Of a stretch of DNA of 64,000 nt, positions 49,306 through 60,784 are shown piece by piece. The notes beneath the pieces were generated by a model that saw nothing but the letters and a program-made list of their open reading frames with translations, was not told where the DNA came from and did not search any database. Made by a program: the position numbers and the translations under genes. The first letter of the stretch is position 1, and the number at the start of each line of letters is the position of its first letter. The DNA comes from Penicillus capitatus (Eukaryota > Plantae > Chlorophyta), in the NCBI GenBank assembly GCA_965649825.1, contig OZ287696.1, positions 1,274,081-1,338,080 on the forward strand, given 5' to 3'.

Positions 49306-50793
49306 TTAGGAAGAGAGAAGCTTTGTTGCCTGATGACGACAACCAATGAGCCCCACTTCTTCGTTCAAAACGGCACACAGTCGAAAAGACTGGAGTAGGG
49401 GTCGAAATCGATGTTCCTCTTCGTGAAGAAAGGCATTCAAAACCACTCCAGTCTTCACTCTTTCAATGACCTTCGGGGTAATACCTCCAGCGATGTAGAT
49501 GCCACCATGTGCCAGACAACGCAGTCCCATGTGTCCAGCTTCCGCGCCGATAATACTTAACAGCATGTCGAGCGCTTCTACTGCACTGTCCTCCTCCTCA
49601 TTGAGCGCTCGCTTCGAGATCTCTGGTGCCTATGCCGTACAAAATCGCAATATGCGCGTGTGGCATGCACAAAGAGTTATCCACCTGCAGGAGAGGGGCA
49701 TCTGTGACTGGAATTTGACCTTCTGATTTGAGAAAGGTGTAGATGCGTTCGAGTCCGGCTCCACAGGCCACCTGTATACCATTCATGAGGCTTTTGAAGA
49801 GCCGATGGCAGAGACGTACATGTTCCAGTTCGCAGTAGCCGTAGCCAGCTGCGATCCATTCCTGAAGGCCGCGTTGCTTGGCAGTGCGAGGGGCAAAGTC
49901 AGAATGTGCCCCTTCGGATGGCCAGACTTTGTAACTCCCCTTTCCTTCATCCCACATCAACTGTGCCTCGCCCAATCCCGTTCCGGGACCCAGAACAGCA
50001 ATAGGTGCCTGTGATCACCATCCATCCACCGCGATCATCACTCCTTGCATTCGATGATGACCTTATCTTCGACAGGCTTGTCGTTAAGGACAACGAGATC
50101 AGAAGGATCAAGCAGAGGGATGCCATAGCCAAGGGCCTCAAAATCATTGACAAGAGAAACTCTGAGCACAAATGCCTGCTGTTCATGAAGAGGCGTCGAC
50201 AATGCCGCACTTCCAATTAAATTGTTCTTGGAGCTGATCTCCATCGATCAACCATCCGAGGTTTGTCATTTTGGCTCGGTTTTGTGAAACGGGTCCAGCG
50301 ATGGCGAAGCATGCACTGGTTGGGTAGTTCTGCTGGACGTCTTCCACTTGGCACAGATCACGTAAGACGCCAACAAAACCCGTCTCCTTATAATCCTTTG
50401 TTGGATACCACTGTTCAGACGACAGTGAGTCTATGCTGATGACATGCATTCCAAAACCTGCTCAAAAATCTTCGTATACTCTCCCTCATCGATTTTCCAA
50501 ACAGTCAATCGAGCGTTTGTGCCTCCGATGTCTCCGACGAGAATGGTCGTCTGAGTCGGACGCGGTGATGTGACGTCTTCTAGTTTTGTCGACGTCGGCG
50601 TGGTCGCCTCGACAGCACGTGTTGCGACACCCGCACCGAAGCGTGCAGGGGTACTAGGCGGCTTCGTCTCGACCAGTCGATTTGGCTTTCGGCGCAACCA
50701 TTGACGTCGAGTGCCATTGCGCCGACGGCGCGGCGCAAAAAAGGAGGAAAGGCGTTCGTGAACAGCGGCACTTCCGTACGTCATCTTATCCAT
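49306..50793 (-). CDS. Bacterial-type glucokinase (Glk family) with an N-terminal extension, multi-exon
   Basis: LVGDIGGTNARL; ACFAIAGPV; MTNLGW; NDFEALGYG; GPGTGLGEA; SEGAHSDFAP; GGIYIAGGI; VGLIG. Confidence 0.93.
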
Positions 50794-50857
50794 CTTCACC
50801 TTGTCTTGTCCATACTTAAACGACGTCTTCGGTGCGCGCACCGATTTTCAAAGAAAA

Positions 50858-52060
50858 ATGGAAAACAACGGCACTGCCTCGCAACAACTCGCTCTGTCAC
50901 GACCGGCGGCGATTCCGAAGCGTAAAAAACGTGTGTTGACGGAGGAAGAATACGTCGATGGCATCGAGGCGATTATTGAACGCGATTTCTTTCCAGACGT
51001 CCCTCTGCTCAGAGCCAAACTCACAGAGCTCAAACGCCACGATGCTCGGCGTCAGAACGCAGTCGGAGAGCTCTTTACTGTTGCCCCGCTCTTCTCAAGC
51101 GCAGCAGGAAAGCTGGCACCCACGCCCGCTCTCACCCATCCTGCTGGCACAGTTCTCGAAACGCCTGTTATGGCTGGGAGTCGCTCTCCGAGACCCCTTG
51201 ATTCGCAGGAAGCATCTGCCGGCCCTTCGGCCCCTATGTTATCTCTCGATGCCTTTCTGAGTCACCACACGAGCGAAGATAATGCATCCTTCGGTGAACT
51301 GCACGAAGAGGCGCTGCAAAGAAAGCGTTTGAAGGTACGGCATCTTCTGGAGTTTCCCCAACCTTCAGAAAGGGCCGTTCCAATGGAGTATATTGACTGG
51401 CCCTTCAATCCCAAGAATAAGCTCTTCTACGACGTCTCTGTGACAGGAGACGTGCCGTATACCGAATCTGAATTGGCTTCCCGTGTTCAAGGGCCTCCCA
51501 AAGAGATTCGGCATGAGAACACGAGACTTCCAGTGGACTTCGAAGTCGAACGACGTCCAGAATTGAAGCCCGGTCAAGATTATCATCTCCCAGGCGTCGG
51601 TGCAGTGGATCAGCCCCACAGGGCATTGCTCTCAACACCTGTGCCCGTTCCCGGCAAGAACATGACGCCCATCATGACGTGGGGCGAACTGGCTGCAACA
51701 CCCATTCGATTGGACAGGACTCCCGGATTCACCATCAAAGCTGCGTCGGAGAGAGATGTCATCGGACGAAAGATGGCCAGCAGTGCACGACGATCTTTGC
51801 AAAGGCGAGCGGCGCGATATACCCCATCCTCTGTGCGAGCAACGCCGCGGACGTTGTCGGTGGCGGGGAAAAGACTGGCATCCGTGCTGCACAGGACACC
51901 GGGGACAGACCTGCAGCTGAGGGCCAGTTATTCGGGGACCCCCTGTCGTCGTTCGAATCGTAGCGCAGCGATGCGGGGCGTCACGCCTGTCTCGCGGCCA
52001 AAGATCAAAAAAGAAGTCACACAGACATCGGGCAAGATTACAGATAACCTTCTCAAGTGA
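50858..52060 (+). CDS. ESS2: Splicing factor ESS-2/DGCR14 homologue, intronless
   Basis: KRVLTEEEYVDGIEAIIERDFFPD; SLDAFLSHHTSEDNASF; KEIRHENTR; TPIMTWGELAATP; LRASYSGTP. Confidence 0.92.
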   Translation: MENNGTASQQLALSRPAAIPKRKKRVLTEEEYVDGIEAIIERDFFPDVPLLRAKLTELKRHDARRQNAVGELFTVAPLFSSAAGKLAPTPALTHPAGTVLETPVMAGSRSPRPLDSQEASAGPSAPMLSLDAFLSHHTSEDNASFGELHEEALQRKRLKVRHLLEFPQPSERAVPMEYIDWPFNPKNKLFYDVSVTGDVPYTESELASRVQGPPKEIRHENTRLPVDFEVERRPELKPGQDYHLPGVGAVDQPHRALLSTPVPVPGKNMTPIMTWGELAATPIRLDRTPGFTIKAASERDVIGRKMASSARRSLQRRAARYTPSSVRATPRTLSVAGKRLASVLHRTPGTDLQLRASYSGTPCRRSNRSAAMRGVTPVSRPKIKKEVTQTSGKITDNLLK

Positions 52061-52269
52061 TCGTCTCTTCAAGTCAAATCATCATCTCTCCCAGATCACT
52101 TTCCGTGACCTATGCCTCGTCTGTCGCTTCTTTCTCTTTAAACAGAAGCTTATTAAGTTCATCATATTTCGCCGTCCATTCTTCGAGCACTACATGAGGA
52201 TAATGGGTTCAGAAATGTGAACCTCTTTGGTCATGAAGTCTCATCGTACTTTGATCGGCATTGGTGTCC

Positions 52270-52886
52270 TTATTGAAGACGCGAACGACGCGGAGCTGCG
52301 CAGAACTGGATCGGCCCACGGAATAGCTTGGCATGTTTGTCAGTGACGGCATTCGCATCTGTGAAAAAGCGTGGTCATTGGTTGGTCCATCTAAGAACTG
52401 CATAGCGACGCATGGCGAGGTGACTCAAGGAAGAGCGAGAGGGTACCTCTTCAGGTAAGGCATCGACCAGTTTTATGAGTTTCTTCTTGAGCTTCTCTGT
52501 ATTCTCGTTCTCGGTACGGAGCTTAAGCGAACAGTCCTCCTTTACTACATGGACGCCCGTGTCTCGGATTGAAAGGCCGATCAGGAATTACGTTTCTTCT
52601 CCTGTTGGGCCAAAATCGCGAGGATTTGCTGTAGACGTCCCTCGGGTTCGTCTCCGATCGGTTCGATTCTGAGAAAGGCGGCGACGTCGTCCGACAACAT
52701 AGCGAACGGTGCGGGTTCGCCTTCGACGTCGTTCGGTGCTTCCGTCTCCGCTTCCGATTCCGATTCCCGTTCCTTTGGTCCCGTCTCTTCTTCCGGATGT
52801 GTGCTTACTCCCTCCTCTTCGGTCGGCAATGGTTCTTCCTGTATCTCTGGCATCTCGGACGCACGCGTTTGACGACGTGTTCGCAT
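52270..52886 (-). CDS. Hypothetical protein with an acidic N-terminus and a coiled coil
   Basis: MRTRRQTRASEMPEIQEEP...; a second exon reads ENENTEKLKKKLIKLVDALPEE. The 3' exon is tentative. Confidence 0.4.
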
Positions 52887-52928
52887 GACGTTACCCGAAA
52901 CAAGCACAAGTGGGTGTAATTAAGCAAG

Positions 52929-53683
52929 TCACGTCGGCAAGATAATGACGTCGATGATATCATCCGTCTGGCAATCGAGAGAAGCTGGCGTCTCCGTCAC
53001 CTCGATCCGCTCATCATCCAACAGAAACGACAGACGTGCGCCACGTTTGATCCATCCCTGTCCCTCTGCATAGGTTCGATACTTTTCGAAGAGACTCTGA
53101 AACGGCGCATGTGTTGTCGTCCGTACATGAATGCGCTTGTGTTGCTCGTTCTGCACGACCAGGACGATCTCATCCCCTACCGCAAAGAGTGAGATGACAT
53201 CGCAATCATACAGCGAGCATCACACCTTCATTCTTTACGTCGGCAACGGAAGAGATCGATTCGCATGGATCATTACTGCAGCGCCGCAGCTCGGATTCGA
53301 TCTCTTTGCTAATCCCATCGAAGACATTAGGTGTCGTCCTCCTTCGACGACTACTGCTGCTGCTGACGCTTTTACTTGGTGTCGTGGGTGTGCGTCTGAC
53401 GTCCATCAGTGTTTGAGTCACGGCGCCCGTTACGGAGGCAATACCTTCGAGACGAAGGCGTTCGGCGACGACTCGATGCGGGGAGGTCTGTCGTCGTCTC
53501 GGCGTTTGTTTTCTTGACGGGCGTCATTTCTTGGACCTCCGGCCGAAACGCGTCATCCCACGTTTCGTCTTCGTCCTCTACGGAGGACGACAACGAAGCA
53601 GGCGGCGATAGTTGCCACAGACCTGTGTGTATTTCTTCATCTGTCGTTTCTCCAGATAGGTCGAAGGTGTAGAATGTCGACAT
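52929..53683 (-). CDS. SUMO-like-domain protein (Rad60/Esc2/NIP45-type C-terminal SLD), multi-exon
   Basis: Low-complexity S/E/R N-terminus starting MSTFYTFDLSG; last exon KRIHVRTTTHAPFQSLFEKY...LSFLLDDERIEVTETPASLDCQTDDIIDV. Confidence 0.72.
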
Positions 53684-53791
53684 CTTATGCTGGCTGGTCG
53701 TCGATGGACGAGTCAATCGACCGTGCGTTCGTTCGATCAATAACCAACCAACCAACAACGTTCGCTTGTTTGTTTGTTCGTTCGTCTGTAA

Positions 53792-55647
53792 ATGGGTCGC
53801 AAAATGCGTCAAGCGGTGAAGATTATTTCTAAGAAGCTTCATCCCGATAGCACTTCAGACGGCTCGGTAAACACAGTTGGCCGTCGAGATGTTGCTGATG
53901 GACGGCCTGTGTCGTAGGGAGGATCCGAAGAGACGGAATTGGCAGCGCAATTGTCGAACGGTATCGATGACCAGCTCATCTGCTTCTTAATCTTGTGTCT
54001 CGACAGCCAAAAGGTCCGTCAGGAGCTAATCATACGTCTTTCAAGGATTCTGTGTCAGAAAGCGTTTTCTCAGTCGAATGCATTGGAGCAGATTCATGCC
54101 GCCTTGCCAAAAATAAACTCCTCTCCACACCCTTCGCTGCTGGATCAACTGGCGCATTGCTTAACGCATCCGCTGAAGTATGCGAAGATGACACAGTTGG
54201 TCCAGACGGAAGTGGCTGGATCAGACAAGATGGTAAATGGCAATCTGATTCTCACGATGAAAGACTGGGGCCAAGTGCAAATGTTGGCCAATGTGCTCGT
54301 CCAACAGCATGACGAGCCGCTTCTCCACGTTCTGCTAGTCAAGTGCATTTTGCATCGAAAGGAGGGGAAAGTGATGGAGGCAGTGGAATGGGCACGGTAA
54401 CCGTCGCACTCCAATATTCGCCAGTCCATATCCCCAAATGCATACAGAAGAGGACTGACTCACTGCAACGAAGATACGCCCCTTTTGGTAGCGGATCTGT
54501 TGAAGAAGGCATTGGCCATAGCCCTGAGCTCCGCCGCATCGAAATCTGTTCTCTCGCAACGAGAGCGCGCTGCCTTCAGGTTCGTGGCCGAATCTTGTTG
54601 ACGAAGAAGGCACTGGATGAAATTCACTCTGTGCAGAACAGAGGCGACCGATCTGCTGACGGAGTTGTCTTTACGGCATGAAGAGGATGCGACGATTCTA
54701 TACAATCTCTCGGTGCTCTTGGCAGAGAATGCAAAGTATTCTGCAGCGACGAAGGCGATTAAGTCCGCCATGGCCTGCAGCAGTGGCTCTTTTGATCCCG
54801 CCTGGGCACTCTACGCCCTCATTCTCTCTGCCAAGTAAACGTCACATCAGACCTCGCCTCCTTGAAAGGGCGTTTTGCATGCAGTCGTGAATATGAAGCT
54901 GCACTGACGGTGGTGGACGGTGGCCTCACCGAATGCACAGAATTCTATAAACCACTCTTGCAGATGACGAAGGCTCGATTGATGGCAGGTTCGGGCGTTG
55001 CGAATGACGGCATCAATCTGTTGGCAAAAGCTTGTGAGGCCTTCAAGCGAAAAACCAAAACGGATGAAGACTCCCACAGTTGGACAGAATTCGAACGTGA
55101 TCAGCAGGCCATGCTCTGGAAAGAGCTAACCCTGCTTTACCTTGGAGAAGACCGTATCAAAGATGCAGAATACTCGCTGATCGAATTGGAGCAGCTCACA
55201 GCCAACACACCAGATACACTGGCCGTCAAGGGAGATGTCTTGGAAGCGCAGGGGCGTACCTACCCTGCCATCCAACATTACGAACTGGCGCTATCCATCG
55301 ATCCGAATCACGAAGCTGCCACACTTGGCCTCGGCAGGACCCGTCACGTCATCGTCTACGGTGTTTGTTGAATGTCTATGTTTGCAGGTCGGCTGTATCG
55401 GATTCGCGGAGAAGCTTCCATGAAGAAGCAGTTGGATGGAATGAGCGATTTGATTTTGGCACAGAGTTTGTTGGCGGCTCATGTTCAGGTTCAGGATCCG
55501 AGCAGCTATGAGGGATGGTATAACCTTGGACTGGTCTGCAAAGCGCAAGGGCGTCTCGAAGGAGCCAAGAAACACCTCCAATATGCAGCATCCCTTGCAG
55601 CGATTTCGCCTGTGACGAATTTCAAGACACTGCCGCGTGTCTTTTAA
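53792..55647 (+). CDS. TPR protein, NPG1/NPGR (TTC7/Ypp1-like), multi-exon
   Basis: ILYNLSVLLAE; AWALYALILSA(K)/REYEAALTVVDGGL; ALSIDPNHEAA; EGWYNLGLVCKAQG; SPVTNF C-terminal motif. First exon is MGRKMRQAVK...DGS. Confidence 0.82.
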
Positions 55648-56081
55648 CATAAGCTGCCTTGATTTCATCCATGCGCAATCGACTGCAACGCTGTCATATG
55701 GGTCTACATCGAAAGGGAGAAATGCTAATGGTTCGATGAGCAATGCTGCCATGCCCGTTGCGTTTATTTGACGCGCAGAATCTCCCGCGCCGCTGCGGAG
55801 TTTGTGTGCGATGTCCAGTTGCACGACCCTCGAGTGGCATCGTCACTGCCCCATAGCCAAAACGTAGCTGAAGTGAAGTCGACAGTGCGCGCGCAACCAA
55901 TAAGAACGCCAAATTCATTATTCGAATAACTCGATACGAAGAAACGGTAGCAGCGCATTCTGAGAATAAACTCATTTGTCCGAGGGCTAAACCTTTCGGG
56001 CATACCTATATCAGAACCTGTCACCTATCCTGGCACACGGCCACACAGCCAAGTCCTCTGCGCCTCAACGTCCAGATTCGC

Positions 56082-57899
56082 ATGAGCACGCCGAGTAGCC
56101 GCCACACGAACACCGACCGTGACGAACCCCCTCGTCGACCACCGCCGCGTCCGCCTGTTCTGTGTCCTTACTGTCAATGCGCTCTCGTGAATGGAGTAGG
56201 AGAATCTGTTACACAACGTCTGAGACAAGGCATGGATATTAGCAAAGGAAGCTTTGGCAGAGTCTCAGAGGAACGGGTGGGAGAAGAAGGTAGTCCAGTG
56301 GCTGTCAAACGTCCCCTATCCGATGAACAGTATGTGTTTCATCCGGAAGAGCGCAGCTGCGACATAAATACTAGGTGCCTTATTCTGGAGGCACAGGTGT
56401 TGAAGCATCTCAGTCATCCGAACATCCAGCGCGTTTATGACTACAACACGAATCCAGCAGAGATGGTGATGGAACTGCACAGACATGGCAATCTATCAGA
56501 CTTCATCGAATGCCATCCAGCAATCGCATCCAAACCAGAATGGATATTACGGAGGTCTGTAGAGCTTGCTTCCGCTATGAGATATGCCCACAGCATGCCT
56601 TGGTTCATCAGCCATGGGGATCTGAAATCGACGAATATCCTCATCAGCGATGCTGGCCGCATTGTCGTGATGGATTTTGGTAACGTCCAAATCGCACCTG
56701 GGTATCCGATTTTTGAAAAGAGTCCAAGTGTTGGCGATTTGAACAAATGCCGCCATGCTCTAGAAGTGATCAAGGATGGGGTCTATGGAGAGAAGGGTGA
56801 TGTCTACCAAACAGCTATTGTCATGTATGAAATGCTGACGGGTACACCGCCATTCAAAGGGGAAGGCTACAAGAACATCTATTATCCTTTGATCCTGGCC
56901 CACCAGATTGCCAAAGACGGAGTCCGTCCAGAAATTCCACCAAATCTGACGCAGCGCTCTGGATGGCATCCAGTGTTGAAAGAGTACGAGAATCTTATGA
57001 AGAGATGCTGGAGTGCGTATATGGATAAGAGACCAACTTTTGCAAAACTCGAAGAGGAACTGACTGAGATTCTCAAGAAGTACAGAAGGATGACTCAGAT
57101 CAGCCAAAATCAGACAATAGGGGTCACGAATGACAGCCATAAGTCAATTACTGCCTTCGTGTACGTGCTTCCTGCCATTGGCTTTTTGGCTGTCATCCCG
57201 TTACACTTGCTCCATATTCAACAGAGAGCGCCAATGACAGTTTCAGAAGTGGCGGTCTATTGGATGATTGTGTCGGCGTTTGTCGTGACGATGTGGCGCG
57301 TGTGGACCGTCCCTTCGAGTCCGACTGCCGTCGATAACACCGCTCGTTTCTTGAATAAGAGGGTAGAAAGATCAGCAAGAGCATCGCCCAAAGACGATAC
57401 TTCGTGTACAGAAGACACCGTCGCAGAGGAGGAATTGTCTACTTGCCAAAGATCCCCTTTTGACGTTCGTCAATGTCCTTTCTCCTGCGACGATCTCCTG
57501 GCAGAAGAGGCGCTGCAATCGCTGAATCTTCCAGTCCCCCATGCAGAGACATGGAATCAGATGTGCCTCGAAGTTCTCGGAAATCTACGAGGCCAACCGT
57601 CAGAGTCGTGGTGCATCCAACTTCACCGTCTCTGTACAGAACGTTGCGGCGGCAGTCCTACGCAGCAGGAATGGGAGGGTTTTCAGAAAACATTCATAGA
57701 TCATCCAGCAGCCCGCAGATTGTGTCGTACTTGGGTAACATACGAAGAACGGCACAACAGATGTCGTCTTACGCGATCCGAAACGGAGAAGCAAAGTAAT
57801 AACGTCTATCGGATCTGTCTCCCTATGGCTAACGGTATACGTTGCTTCAGGTTTGGCTCGATATTCAGATGCAATATCCTTGAATGGGATAGGAGATGA
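56082..57899 (+). CDS. TKL-like protein kinase followed by two TM helices and a Cys-rich tail
   Basis: ISKGSFGRV, VAVK, HGDLKSTNIL, MDFGN, KGDVYQTAIVMYEMLTGTPPF, RCWSAYMDKRPTF; hydrophobic segments AFVYVLPAIGFLAVIPLHLL and VAVYWMIVSAFVVTMW. Confidence 0.85.
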   Translation: MSTPSSRHTNTDRDEPPRRPPPRPPVLCPYCQCALVNGVGESVTQRLRQGMDISKGSFGRVSEERVGEEGSPVAVKRPLSDEQYVFHPEERSCDINTRCLILEAQVLKHLSHPNIQRVYDYNTNPAEMVMELHRHGNLSDFIECHPAIASKPEWILRRSVELASAMRYAHSMPWFISHGDLKSTNILISDAGRIVVMDFGNVQIAPGYPIFEKSPSVGDLNKCRHALEVIKDGVYGEKGDVYQTAIVMYEMLTGTPPFKGEGYKNIYYPLILAHQIAKDGVRPEIPPNLTQRSGWHPVLKEYENLMKRCWSAYMDKRPTFAKLEEELTEILKKYRRMTQISQNQTIGVTNDSHKSITAFVYVLPAIGFLAVIPLHLLHIQQRAPMTVSEVAVYWMIVSAFVVTMWRVWTVPSSPTAVDNTARFLNKRVERSARASPKDDTSCTEDTVAEEELSTCQRSPFDVRQCPFSCDDLLAEEALQSLNLPVPHAETWNQMCLEVLGNLRGQPSESWCIQLHRLCTERCGGSPTQQEWEGFQKTFIDHPAARRLCRTWVTYEERHNRCRLTRSETEKQSNNVYRICLPMANGIRCFRFGSIFRCNILEWDRR

Positions 57900-59259
57900 A
57901 GGTCCTGTATCATTACACCCGGATGATTTCTTTGCAGCCAGACCTGTGATCGAGGATGGTTCTGATGAGGAAGAGCACGGACTGAGCCGAACATCCACTG
58001 GAGTCCTCACAGAATATGATTTGTATTAGCGTGTTGTATACTACTAGGTTTTGGTTGTGAAGTATTTGCAGGCTGTCTTCTGTGGTTGTGGGAACTGCTA
58101 AGTGATCTGTTGCTAACACCAGCACATCATAAGTGCTATTGTATTGGACGACGCTTTATGGCGTCCAATACAAGCAAACACTTTCAATCGACTAGGCTGA
58201 TTTTGAATGCCTTTGTTGTGTACAAACTGTGTATCTGTGTCTTCTCCCGGAGACAATTTCAATAACGTCTTTCTACATTTTACTCTATCGTAGGTACTGC
58301 AAGCACTGCATGCAAAGTTCTGGACTTGTGGGAATTTTGCCTGATAGTCCATTCTCGGACTGCCCATCATTCTTCACACGTGTCGTGATGTGGTTTGCCT
58401 ACGAAGATACTCAATTGTTGTCATTCAGGATGTGTGATATCCTGTTTATTGTCATGCTCATTTCCATTCCTGTTCATTGTGCGATTTTGCTTTGCCTGTT
58501 CATTGTTGTGATCTTGTTGGTCGACTTGATTCGAAATCGTAAAACGGTCCCCCCAACCGATAATGTCTAGAAACGTTTCACTTTCTGTGGTTATTACATT
58601 TAAGATCTCATTCCCGAAATGGTCGAGCTTGCGAACAAAGGAAAACATAGAGGAGACCACTCGCTTATTCATCGACATTGTCATCAAGCATCTCTCTCCG
58701 TCCGTTACGAATGGTCATGTGTATTATTTTATCGACAGCATTCTCCTGTCCACTATGGAACTCAATCATTTGGACCTTGTAAACAGAGAAGAGCCAACTG
58801 AAGAAGAAACCATCCATCATTCTTCGAGCCTATCGACGTTCTGTTGAAGACCTTGGAATTAGATGACGAAGACGTGGACTCGAATCCTATCGGAGCTGAT
58901 GGTGGTTAATAAGTAGATGGATATAGAAGACGATATTTAAGAAACACATAACAGTGTTGTCAAAAGCATCCTGCCAGAACTCACGAAATGCAAAGAGTGT
59001 TACTCGCCACACAAACTCTAAGAAAAAGGAAATATACCAGAGCACATCCGAACAGTCGAATACAATCGCCCCAGACCATCACATGAGATCAGAAAAGCCG
59101 CAATGGCCACTGCGTGATATGTTGCATACCATGCAGTTATGCCAACACAAAACTGAGCAGTTCAGGTATTCTTGACGAGCATTTTGCCTCGTCTTGACGT
59201 CTGCCATCTCTATCGACGGCCTAACGAAACCAACATAAGACATGAAATGAAGTCTGTCT

Positions 59260-60714
59260 TTATTGCCCGTTCACGCTATCCCTTCTGGCAGGCATCCATC
59301 GAGATAAAATCGAAAAGGGTGGTGCTGCAGGACGTGCGTCCCGTTCGGCGTTGCATGTCGAATACACGTGATCATCGCCATTTCTTTTTCTTTTGGCAAG
59401 GAGCAGCGAAGCACCAGGGTGTCTCGCGCTGAGAGAAAACAGCTGCGAGTAACGGACAGACGGTGCTTGAGTCAGTCGTCCATCCACACCCTCTCTTGGC
59501 TGGATGTCGATCTGAGGCGAACGGGATCCGTCTACGAGGTCGCCCATCTGTCCTCTATGCACCCAGACAACCGAATCTACTCTGCCTGAGCCTACACGCT
59601 CGTTCGTGCGATGCAGTTGTTGGGTCACATCGCGTTCCGCCACATCACAGATCAAACTCTGTTTATCTTTTCTCTTTGTCACATTTCCGCAGATAAGTCT
59701 CTCTGATAAGATCAACTCGGCCTGCTCTACCAAATCCGCCACCTCTCGATCGACAGATCGATTCGTCACGATAGGGAATGGCATTTCCCCCTTTCCTTCC
59801 CATGAAACGTGCGGCACGAATTCTTCTTCTGTGCACGTCGTCTCTTTCATGCCATCGATGACCCACTGATCCGAATGGCGCATCCAGATGGGCTTTCTTG
59901 CCTTTCTGTTAGCCCTCTTCTCCGGCACTGCTGCATTGCCGAGTGCCTTTGAAACAGAGGTGGTGTCCCTCTTTGCTCGCTTGATTGGACGCGGCTTCGT
60001 AAGGGCGCTTTCAGAAAAGGCCACCTCCTCAAAGAATCGACTCGCGTCCACCACTTCCATCAACGATGTCATCATCTCCTTCTCTTCATCAGTGATGAGC
60101 GGCGACGCCGATCGTATAGCGCAACGAATCCCTCCTTCCAATATTCCTCTCTCGAGCAGTCGAACGTAGACGGCGTACCAATCCCGGACCCTCTGGTCCA
60201 CTTTGAAATCGAAGGCATCCACCGTTAAGTCTTTCCACTTGGCGTTGTGGCCCTGATGGTTCTCGAGCCATCTCTGCAAGTAATCCCTTCTGTCCATTCC
60301 TCTTGAAGCCTCTCCGCAAACGTCACACCGGGAACGGTAGGAGAGCCACGGCCTCCCGACTTCTCGACCTGGTGCATGACGGAAACGGATCACGACTGAG
60401 AACCCTTGTGGCAGACTGTAGCCTCCTGTCGAGTATCCACTGTAAGACTGAGACATCATGCAGTTGCAGTCTTTGCTCAGACAGTGGTCGCATGGTTCCT
60501 GACAACGTCTCCCGGAATCCGGACACGTCCAGCGACGACACAGATCGCTGTCAGGAGGCAGAGCGATGCCTCGACGCCATCGAAAGCAGGCATCGCACTG
60601 GAGCCACGATTCCGATGTCTCGCTTCTTTCGGATGGAGCACAGTAATGGGCCACACGTGCCAAAAAGAGCAGTGCTTGGACACTGCCGCCACCGCAAGGC
60701 TGATGCGTCGACAT
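59260..60714 (-). CDS. CW-type zinc-finger protein with a degenerate MBD-like segment
   Basis: SWLQCDACFRWRR...WTC (zf-CW), then LPQGFSVVIRFRHAPGREVGRPWLSYRS. The likely start is MSTHQP at 60714 because the upstream part overlaps the opposite-strand gene. Confidence 0.65.
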   Translation of the reverse strand: MSTHQPCGGGSVQALLFLARVAHYCAPSERSETSESWLQCDACFRWRRGIALPPDSDLCRRWTCPDSGRRCQEPCDHCLSKDCNCMMSQSYSGYSTGGYSLPQGFSVVIRFRHAPGREVGRPWLSYRSRCDVCGEASRGMDRRDYLQRWLENHQGHNAKWKDLTVDAFDFKVDQRVRDWYAVYVRLLERGILEGGIRCAIRSASPLITDEEKEMMTSLMEVVDASRFFEEVAFSESALTKPRPIKRAKRDTTSVSKALGNAAVPEKRANRKARKPIWMRHSDQWVIDGMKETTCTEEEFVPHVSWEGKGEMPFPIVTNRSVDREVADLVEQAELILSERLICGNVTKRKDKQSLICDVAERDVTQQLHRTNERVGSGRVDSVVWVHRGQMGDLVDGSRSPQIDIQPREGVDGRLTQAPSVRYSQLFSLSARHPGASLLLAKRKRNGDDHVYSTCNAERDARPAAPPFSILSRWMPARRDSVNGQ

Positions 60715-60784
60715 GAGAGATGAGGTGAAAACGAAAGACACGGAGATTTGACGTCGCTCAGTAGGTGGAATGGTAAAATCGAGA

